64,000 bases of DNA from a virus (lineage: Duplodnaviria > Caudoviricetes): positions 1-64,000 of IMG/VR virus record IMGVR_UViG_3300037467_001267. One strand, written 5' to 3'. This document shows, one piece after another, positions 13,682 to 23,244 of the stretch; positions within the stretch are counted from its first letter, which is position 1, and each line of letters starts with the position of its first letter. The notes under the pieces were generated by a model that saw only the letters and a program-made list of their open reading frames with translations, did no database searches and was not told where the DNA came from. The position numbers and the translations under genes are program-made.

Positions 13682-15219
13682 CCGAAGACGACCAGCTCGA
13701 AAGTCTAGAGGCCCTGGTCTCGCTGGAGCGGGGCGGCACGTACTCGCCCGTGGCCGGTTGGTTCAACCAGCTGGAGGCCTGGCGGATCTGTTCGCTGGAC
13801 GCATTCCAGGAGGCCTGGTCGTTCGCAGAGGAGCGTCACTCCATCGACCGCTTCCTGCGGCGCATCTCCCATCGCGTGCATAAGGGCACGGAGCAGGGGC
13901 AGTCCGCCCATCAGACCCTGCCCAAGGCCTGGGCACCGTTCAACGGGTCGCACGCCCAGCAGCAGGCGTTCTGGAAGTGCGACAAGCGGTTCATTATGCT
14001 GCCCTGCGGACGCCGCTCGGGCAAGACGGCCTTCTCCAAGCGGAAGTTCATCAAGAAGATCATGGCCGAGGGCCATAAGTGGGATCGGCCCTGGTACATC
14101 GCCGCGGCCCCGACCCACGCCCAGGCCAAGCGCATCTACTGGCATGACCTGAAGAGCCTGGTGCCGCCCGAGTTCGTGCTCGACAAGTCCGAGGGCGAGC
14201 TGATGCTCCGGCTCAAGAACGGTGCCGACATCCAGGTCATGGGGATGGACGTGCCGGAACGGGCGGAGGGCCGCTCGCTGAACGGCGTGCTGCTGGACGA
14301 GTACGGCAACATGAAGCCGCACGTCTGGTCGGCCCACCTGCGGCCCGCACTCGCCGACCGCGGCGGGTTCGCCTGGCTGATCGGTGCCCCGGAAGGTCGC
14401 AACCACTACTACGACCTGTGGTGTGACGCCCGCGCAGACACGACGGGTCAATGGGCGGGCTTCACCTGGACCACGGAGGAGGTGCTCCCGCTCTACCTGG
14501 GCAAAGAGCAGGCGGAGATCGAAATCATCTCCGCCCAGAACGACATGGACCCGCTGACGTACGACCAGGAGTACCGTGCGTCGTTCGTCGTGTTTACGGG
14601 CCTGGCGTACTACCAGTGGAGCGACGCGAACATCTCCCAGTGCGAGTACTCGCCCAGCGAGCCGCTCATCCTGATGTTCGACTTCAACGTCGCACCAGGC
14701 ATCGCGATCGCTGGGCACGAGCGGCCCCGCGGTACGGAGATCGTGGGCGAGGTCTACATCCCGAACGGGTCCAACACCATCCGGGTCTGCAAGAAGATCA
14801 TCGAGGTGTACGGCAAACACCGTGGCGACGTGTACTGCTACGGCGACGCCACGGGCGGGAGTGTCGGCACGGCCAAGGTCGCGGGGTCTGACTGGGATCT
14901 GATCCGGCAGTACCTCAAGCCCGTGTTCGGAGACCGGCTGAGAATCCGGGTGGACCGTTCGAATCCGGAGGAGCGGCAGCGGGTCAACGCGATGAACTCG
15001 CGGCTGTGCTCGGTGTCGGGTGTCCGCAAGCTCTTCGTGGATCGGCGGTGCAAGTGGACCATCAAGGACTTCGAAGGCGTCAGGGTAATTGAGGGCAGTG
15101 CGGGCGAGATCGACAAGGACTACGACGCACGGCTGACTCACATAACCGACGCTATTGGGTACTATGTGTTCAAGAAGTTCCCGATGGCGGGCGGGCTGAT
15201 CATGAATAGGAGTCTGTGA
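13678..15219 (+). CDS. terL: Terminase large subunit
   Basis: Walker A CGRRSGKT, AAAPTHAQAK, Walker B VLLDEY, GAPEGRNHYY, nuclease FDFNV and HITDAIGY. Confidence 0.95.
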   Translation: MTEDDQLESLEALVSLERGGTYSPVAGWFNQLEAWRICSLDAFQEAWSFAEERHSIDRFLRRISHRVHKGTEQGQSAHQTLPKAWAPFNGSHAQQQAFWKCDKRFIMLPCGRRSGKTAFSKRKFIKKIMAEGHKWDRPWYIAAAPTHAQAKRIYWHDLKSLVPPEFVLDKSEGELMLRLKNGADIQVMGMDVPERAEGRSLNGVLLDEYGNMKPHVWSAHLRPALADRGGFAWLIGAPEGRNHYYDLWCDARADTTGQWAGFTWTTEEVLPLYLGKEQAEIEIISAQNDMDPLTYDQEYRASFVVFTGLAYYQWSDANISQCEYSPSEPLILMFDFNVAPGIAIAGHERPRGTEIVGEVYIPNGSNTIRVCKKIIEVYGKHRGDVYCYGDATGGSVGTAKVAGSDWDLIRQYLKPVFGDRLRIRVDRSNPEERQRVNAMNSRLCSVSGVRKLFVDRRCKWTIKDFEGVRVIEGSAGEIDKDYDARLTHITDAIGYYVFKKFPMAGGLIMNRSL

Positions 15220-15539
15220 TGACGCACACCCACGCCAACTTGGAAGTGTCGGACGCGACGTACAGCGAGGTTGAGCGGTTGCTGAAGGCCGCTGGCTACG
15301 ATCATGCCTTCTTGGACGGTGGTACGATCAACATGCACGGCATTGCTCTGGTGCTTTCTCGGGGCAGCCGCGTCACCGAAGAAATGGTAACACGGTTCCT
15401 GAACTGGAAGCTTCCAGCGAGCGTGTTGCCCGATCCGTGCGTGATGGACACCGCGTATCCGCACCGCATTGGCACGAATCTCCTAACAGCAGACGAGGCA
15501 CGTCAGATGCTCGAACATGTATTGGGAGGTGGGAAGTGA
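15216..15539 (+). CDS. Hypothetical protein
   Basis: 107-aa ORF coupled to TerL. Confidence 0.55.
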   Translation: MMTHTHANLEVSDATYSEVERLLKAAGYDHAFLDGGTINMHGIALVLSRGSRVTEEMVTRFLNWKLPASVLPDPCVMDTAYPHRIGTNLLTADEARQMLEHVLGGGK

Positions 15540-15928
15540 ACGGATGGATCGGCGTAGACCTGGACGGCACGCTCGCCCACTACGACAAGTGGGTGGGGCC
15601 GGAGCATATCGGCCCGCCGATCCCGGCGATGTGCAAGCGGGTGCGTGCTTGGCTCAGCGAGGGCAGGGAAGTGCGAATCTTCACCGCCCGCATCTTCCCG
15701 TACACGGGTGTGCTCCGGCCGAGCGAGCCGATGCCCGTCCAGGAGGGTGCTCGCTGGACGGCGGCGTTCCTGTCTGCGTGCGCCATCGCGGAGTTCTGCC
15801 GTAAACACTTCGACCAGGTGCTTCCGATCACCTGTGTGAAGGACATGCAGATGATCGAGCTGTGGGACGACAGGGCGGTACAAGTCCAGCCCAACACGGG
15901 CAGGCCCGTCCGGGATTTTGTGGAGTAA
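15536..15928 (+). CDS. HAD-superfamily phosphatase-like protein
   Basis: WIGVDLDGTLAHYD (DxDGT), IFTAR, LWDDRAV. Confidence 0.75.
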   Translation: MNGWIGVDLDGTLAHYDKWVGPEHIGPPIPAMCKRVRAWLSEGREVRIFTARIFPYTGVLRPSEPMPVQEGARWTAAFLSACAIAEFCRKHFDQVLPITCVKDMQMIELWDDRAVQVQPNTGRPVRDFVE

Positions 15929-15933
15929 AGCAC

Positions 15934-16284
15934 ATGGCGTTCAAACTGGTGATTCCGAAGCAGCGGGCGGGCTCGCTCCAGCGGTACGAGGCGAGCATCA
16001 ACGCCGCGGGCCTGCTGTCGTTCAACAAGATCGACCTGGTCGCCGTCAACTTCGTCGCCAACGCGTGCGACAAAGCGGCCCTGCTGGTCGACACGGAGCT
16101 GAAGCGCATCGCCATCCGAGTGGCGGTGGAGCGGGAGCCCTGGGTCAAGCTCCGTTACAACAAGGGCAACACGGCGGCCTGCCTGAGCGTCAAAGCCGCC
16201 CTGAGGGAGCTGGGAGTCAAGACCGTGAAGCCGCGGCGGCTTGAGGTGACAGTCAAGGACAACCTGCTTTGTGTTTCTCTCTGA
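15934..16284 (+). CDS. Hypothetical protein
   Basis: ATG after GGAG; genome-typical codon usage. Confidence 0.6.
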   Translation: MAFKLVIPKQRAGSLQRYEASINAAGLLSFNKIDLVAVNFVANACDKAALLVDTELKRIAIRVAVEREPWVKLRYNKGNTAACLSVKAALRELGVKTVKPRRLEVTVKDNLLCVSL

Positions 16285-16483
16285 CGACATCGACGTGGTC
16301 ATGTTGGACCCCGTCGTCTCGGGCGTGGCGGTGTTCTTCCAGGACAGCGAAGCGTATAGTTGGGTAACGAACATCAACGTGCCGCGACTGCTCCAGGAGC
16401 TACACGCGGCCTTCGAACAAGGGGTGTTCGAATACGTCGGCGTCACGGACGGCAGCCGGCACTGGTACAGGAGAAGGTCATGA
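16271..16483 (+). CDS. Hypothetical protein
   Basis: 70-aa ORF bridging neighbours. Confidence 0.45.
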   Translation: MFLSDDIDVVMLDPVVSGVAVFFQDSEAYSWVTNINVPRLLQELHAAFEQGVFEYVGVTDGSRHWYRRRS

Positions 16484-17535
16484 GATACGCCGGTGTGTTT
16501 GCCGTCCCCATCGAGGACGCCCAGGGCAACAAGCTCCTGAAGAAGTGGTACGACGCGGGTGCGCGACTATTCATCGGCTGGGCGAGCCGGATGAACACGT
16601 CCGGCAAGTTTCCCGCCCAGGATCGCCAGGCCCAGCTGGAGTGGCGCAACGCGGTACGGGCACTAGGCCCCGACGCCAAGTACCTCGACTACCCGCTGCC
16701 CGACTGGCGGACCACGCCGACGGCCCAAGACCTGGACCTAATGGCGAACGACCCGGCGTGTCTGGGCGTGTACATGCCGGACGAGCCCAACCAGAAGGTG
16801 CTGAACCCCGCGACCCAGAAGTGGGATCTGTGGCGGTTCTCGATCGCCGTGCTCCAGCAGTACCTGGCCCCGATTCTCGCCCACCCCGTGCTCTTCAAGA
16901 AGCTGGTCGTCATGAACCTGGACGGCACCCAGCTCACCGCCGCGTGGGGGGCCTACCAGGCCAACGACGTGGCGGCAGTCCTCGACGCGTGCCCCAGGAT
17001 CACCCACGTCCTCTCCGACTGGCATCCGCGCAACAACAACCCCGCACGGTACGGTGACGACCTGCCTGGGAAGGCGGTGCGGGTGGTTGGGCGGCTCACC
17101 CCGTCCCGCGGGATGAAGCGTGGCGCCATCCTGGAGTGCGCGTTCGAGCAGCTGCCGAACAGCGTCGGCGGTCGCGGGCCGACTGGTCCGGAGATCTGGG
17201 CACAGTACCAGGGCGTAATCGCTGAGGGGGATGATGTCGAGATCGTGGCGTTCTTCCCCGAGGCACCCAAGCCCAACGCCGGGCACATCTTCGACAACAC
17301 GAACGCCGAGCAGTTCGCGATGTGTACGAAGGTGATGAACGACTTCGCTCCTGCGGCGACGCTCCCAAGCGAGCCGGTAACACCCACGCCGGCCACTCCA
17401 ACGCCGCAGGAGCTTTTAAACCTCATCGCCGCGGCCAACGCCGCGGTCACCACCCTCCAGGAGCAGAACAAAGAGCTCCACGAGCGGATCAACGTGCTGG
17501 AGAACCGCAAGTACACGATCACGGTGACGGAATGA
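16480..17535 (+). CDS. Glycoside-hydrolase-like TIM-barrel protein with Pro/Thr linker and C-terminal coiled coil
   Basis: LGVYMPDEPN acid/base-like motif, VLSDWHP, AILEC; EPVTPTPATPTP linker. Confidence 0.55.
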   Translation: MRYAGVFAVPIEDAQGNKLLKKWYDAGARLFIGWASRMNTSGKFPAQDRQAQLEWRNAVRALGPDAKYLDYPLPDWRTTPTAQDLDLMANDPACLGVYMPDEPNQKVLNPATQKWDLWRFSIAVLQQYLAPILAHPVLFKKLVVMNLDGTQLTAAWGAYQANDVAAVLDACPRITHVLSDWHPRNNNPARYGDDLPGKAVRVVGRLTPSRGMKRGAILECAFEQLPNSVGGRGPTGPEIWAQYQGVIAEGDDVEIVAFFPEAPKPNAGHIFDNTNAEQFAMCTKVMNDFAPAATLPSEPVTPTPATPTPQELLNLIAAANAAVTTLQEQNKELHERINVLENRKYTITVTE

Positions 17536-17822
17536 TTACCGTCAGACGAGCGGAGACGGACGGTATGTGGGCAGCCGTCTGCGAACTCCCCGACGTTGCC
17601 CTGGTGTCCCTCAGCGACGACGTGTACGACGCCCTGTGGCTCGTCACCGCCCTGGCGAAGAAATACCTGGAGCTTCAAGATGGGCCTTTTGTGCAACTCA
17701 TGCGGTCGCAGTTCCCACCCCGGATCGCCGTGCCCCCGGCCGTCCGACGTGACCAACAGCGACGACTACCGCCTGGATTTGCACCTGAGCTCCGGACAAA
17801 CCGTTTCAGTCTGGCTCAATGA
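17532..17822 (+). CDS. Hypothetical protein
   Basis: ATG overlapping upstream stop (AATGA). Confidence 0.4.
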   Translation: MITVRRAETDGMWAAVCELPDVALVSLSDDVYDALWLVTALAKKYLELQDGPFVQLMRSQFPPRIAVPPAVRRDQQRRLPPGFAPELRTNRFSLAQ

Positions 17823-18012
17823 CCTCGACAGGGCCCTGGGCCTGGTCGAGCAGCTCAAGTGCGGCCAGCCCGTCCATATCCAGGGCAAAGGTCGCCCGAT
17901 GCTGTCCGACAAATTCGTCTACGTGCCGGCGGGGATGTGCCCCACGGCCGTCGTGGAACATGACCCCGCGAGCGAGTACGCCCGCCAACTGGGAGCGCAA
18001 CATGGACTCTAG
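17749..18012 (+). CDS. Hypothetical protein
   Basis: GTG start within ORF 17596..18012. Confidence 0.4.
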   Translation: MTNSDDYRLDLHLSSGQTVSVWLNDLDRALGLVEQLKCGQPVHIQGKGRPMLSDKFVYVPAGMCPTAVVEHDPASEYARQLGAQHGL

Positions 18013-18859
18013 CAACCTCTGGACGGTCGCGACCGTCATCACGCTGACGTGCGTCGTCGTGTCGCAGATCAAGCTCTGGCTCGGCACCAGCAAGTTCCTG
18101 CGGGCGGTGCCCCTGATCGTCGTTGCCGTGCTCGTCGCCATGGGCCTGTCGGTGCTCGCCCACCTCGCTGGGTACCTGCCGGGCTCGGTCGGCCAGCTCC
18201 TCGCCCAGACCGTCCTGGCGGCCCTGGGCTCGGGCGGGCTGTACAACGTGATCAACGGCAGCTCGCTCCAGCGACTCGACATCACCGCCGTGGCGCCCAC
18301 GACCCGCGGCAACAACGCGGCCCTGGTGACGGAGATCCCTTCCCTGGACGCCGACAAGGTGGCGGTGAGCTACGAGGACGAAGACCATCACGGCATGACG
18401 CCCCTCGCACCCCTCGTCCTCCTGGTCGCCTCGATGCTCCTGGCGGGGTGCGGGAACAAGGGCAACCCCGTGGTGGTGCTTGCCGACCCGTCCGCCACCC
18501 AGACCAGCAAGCTGTACGCGGCCAAGCAGGTGTACCTGTCCTCGCTGGAGTTCTTCATCTTCCTGCGGGACCAGAACGTGGTTACCCAGAAGTGGATCAA
18601 CGAGCAGAAGCATATCTTCGACGACGTGCAGCTCGCCTACAAGGTCTGGGAGCAGGCCGTCCAGAACGGTGGCGACGTCAAGACGGCGGAGGAGAAGTTC
18701 AAGGCAGCGGCGGCGGTACTCCAGAAGCTGCGGGAGCAGTACCAGACGCCATCCACCCAGCCCGCAGCGAAGGTGAGCGAGTATGACGACCGTGGCAATC
18801 CTCGGGCTGGCGCAGCTGGCCCTGGAAATTGGGGCGAAATGCGTGCGCGAGCAGCGTGA
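18002..18859 (+). CDS. Holin-like multi-TM protein fused to a lipoprotein-like domain
   Basis: Three hydrophobic segments in the first ~85 aa; internal MTPLAPLVLLVASMLLAGC lipobox at 18395; GGGAG RBS. Confidence 0.6.
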   Translation: MDSSNLWTVATVITLTCVVVSQIKLWLGTSKFLRAVPLIVVAVLVAMGLSVLAHLAGYLPGSVGQLLAQTVLAALGSGGLYNVINGSSLQRLDITAVAPTTRGNNAALVTEIPSLDADKVAVSYEDEDHHGMTPLAPLVLLVASMLLAGCGNKGNPVVVLADPSATQTSKLYAAKQVYLSSLEFFIFLRDQNVVTQKWINEQKHIFDDVQLAYKVWEQAVQNGGDVKTAEEKFKAAAAVLQKLREQYQTPSTQPAAKVSEYDDRGNPRAGAAGPGNWGEMRARAA

Positions 18860-18935
18860 GCCGACGCCGGAAGAGCAGGCCCTGATCGACCAGGAGATCG
18901 AGAAGGCCAGGGCCAACTTGTTCCGCCCCGAATGA
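18783..18935 (+). CDS. Small hypothetical protein (50 aa)
   Basis: MTTVAILGLAQLALEIGAKCVREQREPTPEEQALIDQEIEKARANLFRPE; below ORF-track cutoff. Confidence 0.5.
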   Translation: MTTVAILGLAQLALEIGAKCVREQREPTPEEQALIDQEIEKARANLFRPE

Positions 18936-19020
18936 CCTCGACCGCCTGCCTGTGTCCGCGACCCGGTCTCTTCTCCTCCCGGGTCGGTGAGTGCCCCTCA
19001 TCCTCAGGCAGTTTTGAACT

Positions 19021-19374
19021 ATGAGCAACAAACACGACATCGTGATCCAGCAGGGCTCCGTGTTCCGCCGCGTCCTCCAGTGGCGGAACCCCGACGACAC
19101 GGTCGTGGACCTGACGGGGTACACGGCGGCGATGCAGGTGCGGCCGGACTACAAGAGCACCACGAAGCTCGTGGACCTGTCCGACCCCACGCATGGGTCC
19201 ATTACGTTCGACATCCCGGCCGGGCTGATCTGGATCGAGATCAAGTCGAGCTTCACCGCCACGCTGGTCGCACCGGCCACCGCCGTGTACGACTTCGAAC
19301 TGGTCGAGCCGAGCGGAGAGCGGCACCGCCTGCTGGAGGGCAAAGTCGCCATTACCCCGGAGGTGACCCGGTGA
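19021..19374 (+). CDS. Beta-sandwich virion/fibre-attachment protein
   Basis: DIVIQQGSVF..VDLTGYTAAMQVR..VYDFEL..RLLEGKV pattern seen upstream of phage fibre genes. Confidence 0.65.
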   Translation: MSNKHDIVIQQGSVFRRVLQWRNPDDTVVDLTGYTAAMQVRPDYKSTTKLVDLSDPTHGSITFDIPAGLIWIEIKSSFTATLVAPATAVYDFELVEPSGERHRLLEGKVAITPEVTR

Positions 19375-19862
19375 AGGTCGAAGTCATCAACGACACCCAG
19401 GTGCTGGTCATCACCCAGCCCGACCCGACGATCAAGCTCTCCACCCCGGGGCCGCAGGGCCCGGTGGGTGCCGCGGGCTCGGCCGACCAGATCGCCAAGG
19501 GCGGGTCGAGCATCACCATCGACAACGTCGGCACGATGACGGCGACCGCCCCGCAGCTCGACGTGGACGCCCCGACGAACTTCAACCAGGACGTGGTCCT
19601 CCAGGGCAGCGACCTGTTCGTGAACGGCGGCACGATTTACGGCGACGGGTCGGGGCTGACGGGCGTCATGAAGCCGTACGTCCATACGCAGAACGCCGCG
19701 GCCTCTGTATGGGTCATCAACCATAACCTGGGGCGATGGCCGTCCGTCACAACGACGGACACGTTGGGAAGGCCCGTATTCGGCGACGTGCAGTACGTCA
19801 CCAACAACCAAGTGACCGTTACGTTCTCCGTGGCCCTGTCGGGCACGGCCTACTTGAACTGA
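19371..19862 (+). CDS. Fibre/decoration protein
   Basis: Short GPQGPVG collagen-like piece; C-terminal YVHTQ..WVINHNLGRWPSV domain. Confidence 0.65.
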   Translation: MKVEVINDTQVLVITQPDPTIKLSTPGPQGPVGAAGSADQIAKGGSSITIDNVGTMTATAPQLDVDAPTNFNQDVVLQGSDLFVNGGTIYGDGSGLTGVMKPYVHTQNAAASVWVINHNLGRWPSVTTTDTLGRPVFGDVQYVTNNQVTVTFSVALSGTAYLN

Positions 19863-19872
19863 GGAACTTCCC

Positions 19873-21354
19873 ATGCAGGTGTACTCCCCGCTCGACCTGA
19901 ACAAGAACGAGCTGCGCCAGGCGGTGCTGCAGGTGCTCGCCAGCGACCCTGGCTCGGCCGTCCAGGGCCAGATTTACTACAACTCCGCCAGCAACACCGT
20001 CCGCCGCTTCAACGGGTCGACATGGGCGGACGTGGGTGCGAGCGGTGCCGGCCTGTCCAACGCGTACGCGGCGGTGAGCGACGGCACGAACAGCACCACG
20101 GCGTCCGGCTCGGACACGCTGCGCTTCATCGCTGGCGGGTCGAACCAGCTGACGATCACCGTGGCCGAGGGCACGCCCGACTCCGCCACGTTCACCGTCA
20201 ACGCGTCGGCCACGCCCGGTGCGAACAAGATCCCGCAGGCCGACGGCAGCAACAAGCTCGCGGCCGGATGGATCAGCGAGGTGCTCGCCACGTCCGACCT
20301 GTCGGACGTCACCGCCAAGACGGGCAGCGGCACCACCGTCGTGTTCGCCACCCTGCCGACGTTCGCGGCGAGTGGCGGGGTATCCCTGGACGCCGGGTCG
20401 GGCCGCATCCAGAACGTGGCCGATCCCTCGAACGCCCAGGACGCGGCCACCAAGGCGTACGTGGACGCGACGGCGTCCGGGCTGGACCTGAAGAACTCCG
20501 TGCGGTACGCCACGACGGGCAACATCACCCTGTCGGGGCTCACGACCCAGGGCGGCGGCGACTGGCCGGGTGCCCTGACCGCGGGCGACCGGATTCTGGT
20601 CAAGAACCAGACCACCCAGACCCAGAACGGCATCTACACCGCCGCCAGCGGGGCCTGGGCCCGGGCCCCGGACGCCGACACCAACGCCGAGCTGACGCCC
20701 GGTGCGTTCACGTTCGTCGAGGACGGCACGACGCTGGCCAAGTCGGGCTGGGCGATCAGCTCGACGACCGTCAACATCGGCACGACGAACATCGTCTGGA
20801 CGCAGTTCTCCGGTGCCGGGGCCTACACCGCCAGCTCGCTGTCGGGCGGCATCGCCGTCTTCAAGCAGCTGACGGGAGTGAACTTCGAATTCAAATCCGT
20901 CCTGGCCGCGTCCACGAAGGTGTCGGTGGTCGCCAACGGGTCGGGCAACACCGTAGACATCGACGTGGTCGAGGCCAACCTGACCCTCACGAACATCGGC
21001 GGCACGCTCTCCGTCGGTAAGGGCGGCACCGGCCAGACGACGGCCAGCGGGGCTCGCGGCACGTCCGGCCTCGGGTCGGGCACGGCCCCTGCCAACGCTT
21101 CGAACGTCGTCGCGACGGACGGCGGCATCCCGCTCAAGCGGACGTTCGCCATCACCGCCCCGGGCGGCACGACGAGCTTCGTGTGCACCCATAACCTGGG
21201 CGTGGCGGTGCCTATGGTGATCGTCTCCGACAACAACTCGCCCAAGAACAAGGTCGAAACGGAGGTCGAGTTCACCGACACGAACACCGTTACGATCAAA
21301 ATTTTCCCGGCCCCGGCCAACACGACCGTCTTCAACGTCACGGTGATCGGATGA
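19873..21354 (+). CDS. Head/tail fibre protein
   Basis: IQNVADPSNAQDAATKAYVD, GLDLKNSVRYATT, DRILVKNQT..QNGIY; G/T/A/S-rich; C-terminal HNLG domain. Confidence 0.75.
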   Translation: MQVYSPLDLNKNELRQAVLQVLASDPGSAVQGQIYYNSASNTVRRFNGSTWADVGASGAGLSNAYAAVSDGTNSTTASGSDTLRFIAGGSNQLTITVAEGTPDSATFTVNASATPGANKIPQADGSNKLAAGWISEVLATSDLSDVTAKTGSGTTVVFATLPTFAASGGVSLDAGSGRIQNVADPSNAQDAATKAYVDATASGLDLKNSVRYATTGNITLSGLTTQGGGDWPGALTAGDRILVKNQTTQTQNGIYTAASGAWARAPDADTNAELTPGAFTFVEDGTTLAKSGWAISSTTVNIGTTNIVWTQFSGAGAYTASSLSGGIAVFKQLTGVNFEFKSVLAASTKVSVVANGSGNTVDIDVVEANLTLTNIGGTLSVGKGGTGQTTASGARGTSGLGSGTAPANASNVVATDGGIPLKRTFAITAPGGTTSFVCTHNLGVAVPMVIVSDNNSPKNKVETEVEFTDTNTVTIKIFPAPANTTVFNVTVIG

Positions 21355-21701
21355 AGTTTTACTGCGGAACCAACAAGGCCCCGGCCACCCTGACGGTGAC
21401 GACGAACGCAGTCACCCCGGACGCGACCCAGGGCAACAACTTCAACGCGACCAACGGTGCGAACCTGACCGTCAACAACATGACGAACCTGACCGCCGAC
21501 GACGACGGCAGGGAGTTCCGGGTCAGGGTCAAGAACTCGGGTGCGTCCGCCATCACCGTGTTGCTCGGCACCAGCTACCGATTCGGCTCCCAGTTGACCG
21601 CCCTGTCTTCCGTCGCCGCCGGCAAGACGAACTACATCGGTCTGGTCTACAACGCGGCGGACTCCAAACTCGACGTGGTGTCGGAACAGGTAGGATTCTA
21701 A
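21351..21701 (+). CDS. Fibre-associated protein
   Basis: Small beta-rich ORF coupled in the fibre block. Confidence 0.6.
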   Translation: MKFYCGTNKAPATLTVTTNAVTPDATQGNNFNATNGANLTVNNMTNLTADDDGREFRVRVKNSGASAITVLLGTSYRFGSQLTALSSVAAGKTNYIGLVYNAADSKLDVVSEQVGF

Positions 21702-21991
21702 TGGCCGTACTCACCGTACAAGACCGGCAGCGAACCGCCGCGCAGTGGATCCGCGACAACACGACCCCATGCGGGTTCCTCAAGGCGGACGTGCTCGCGG
21801 CCGTCAACGCCATCGACGACTACCTCGACGGCATGCTCACGGCCCGTCCGACCACGAGCCTCGCTGTGGCCGTCCAGAACGCGGCACCGAACTTCTGGAC
21901 CAGCTCCACCACCACCCAGAAGTACGCGGTGCTGTCGTACGTCATGCGTCGCCGGGCCAACCAACTCGTTGCACAGGAGGATAACGCCTAA
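21701..21991 (+). CDS. Hypothetical protein
   Basis: 96-aa coupled ORF. Confidence 0.6.
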   Translation: MAVLTVQDRQRTAAQWIRDNTTPCGFLKADVLAAVNAIDDYLDGMLTARPTTSLAVAVQNAAPNFWTSSTTTQKYAVLSYVMRRRANQLVAQEDNA

Positions 21992-22494
21992 TGGGCACCA
22001 CCAAGCAAGCCATCGACCCGCTGTCGGCATTGTTCAAGACGAGTGCCTTCCCCGCCGTCGTCGTCAACCAGGGCACCAACTTCCCCGTGGGCGGGCTCGC
22101 CTTCGACGCCTCCACGAAAGAGACGGCGTACTTCAAGTTCAAGGCCAGCAACTACGGGTCGGGCAACGTCACCGTCACCATCCGCTGGTACGCCGACACG
22201 GCCACCACCGGGGACGTGATCTACGGAGCGCAGCTGGCCGCCATCAGCCCGAACACCGACACGCAGGACGTGGAGACGAAGGCCCTCGCCACCGCCAACA
22301 CGGTGACGGACTCGCACCTGGGCACCGTCGGCCAGCGGGTGCACGACTGCTCGATCACCATCAGCAACCTGGACTCGCTGGCTGTTGACGACGAGGTGTG
22401 GCTGGCCCTCTACCGCGACGCCGCGGCGGGCGGGGACACCATGACGGGCGACGCGATCGTGGTCGGCATCGAGGTCTCTTACTCGGACACCTGA
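21991..22494 (+). CDS. Beta-rich virion protein
   Basis: 167-aa coupled ORF, jelly-roll-like composition. Confidence 0.6.
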   Translation: MGTTKQAIDPLSALFKTSAFPAVVVNQGTNFPVGGLAFDASTKETAYFKFKASNYGSGNVTVTIRWYADTATTGDVIYGAQLAAISPNTDTQDVETKALATANTVTDSHLGTVGQRVHDCSITISNLDSLAVDDEVWLALYRDAAAGGDTMTGDAIVVGIEVSYSDT

Positions 22495-22497
22495 TCC

Positions 22498-23238
22498 ATG
22501 GGTGCTACGTTCAACGGTTCCGGATGGTTTCGGAGGGATTCGTCCTTCGCGACCGGCGACAACGCCACGGTGATGGCGTGGTGCCGCCCCACGTCCCTGC
22601 CTGCGTCGGGCGGGTACGCCAACGTCATCTGTAACACCAACCCGAATTCCGGAGGCACGTTCGGCTGGGGCATCGACATCCATAACGCGACCGGGACGGC
22701 CAAGTGGAGCCTCGGCACCAACAGCAACGACTACGACGCCACGGCAGGGGCGGCTCCCGCCGTCAACACCTGGTTCCACGTCGCCGCCATCCGCAACGGG
22801 AACACCAAGACCCTCTACGTCAACGGCGTCCAGGCGGGTACGGGTTCCGACGTCACCACGACACAGACCAGTCTGTTCGTAGGCAGTGCGTTCAACAACG
22901 TCGCTGCCGTCGGCTCCGACCTGTTCAGCGGCACGATCGCGTACGTGAAGATTTGGAAGGCCGTGCTAACGATCAACGAGATCGCGCAGGAGATGCGGCA
23001 AGGCAAGCCGTTCCGCACGGCCAACCTCTTCGGGCACTGGCCCCTCTTCAACACCGGAGATTTCACCGTTGACTACTCGGGCGGAGGCAACTCCCTCACC
23101 AGCGGAGGGTCGGGCACGGTGTACGGAGATGGCCCACCCGTCCCACTATACACCCGGTCGGCGATTTTCTTCCGAGCACCGGTCGTCGTAACGCCGCCGC
23201 CCACGGGCAACAACGCAACGATGTTCCTTACCTTTTGA
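22498..23238 (+). CDS. LamG/concanavalin A-like lectin domain protein
   Basis: TVMAWCRP, NTWFHVAAIR, LYVNGV, FSGTIAYVKIWK, LFGHWPL. Confidence 0.82.
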   Translation: MGATFNGSGWFRRDSSFATGDNATVMAWCRPTSLPASGGYANVICNTNPNSGGTFGWGIDIHNATGTAKWSLGTNSNDYDATAGAAPAVNTWFHVAAIRNGNTKTLYVNGVQAGTGSDVTTTQTSLFVGSAFNNVAAVGSDLFSGTIAYVKIWKAVLTINEIAQEMRQGKPFRTANLFGHWPLFNTGDFTVDYSGGGNSLTSGGSGTVYGDGPPVPLYTRSAIFFRAPVVVTPPPTGNNATMFLTF

Positions 23239-23244
23239 GAGGCT

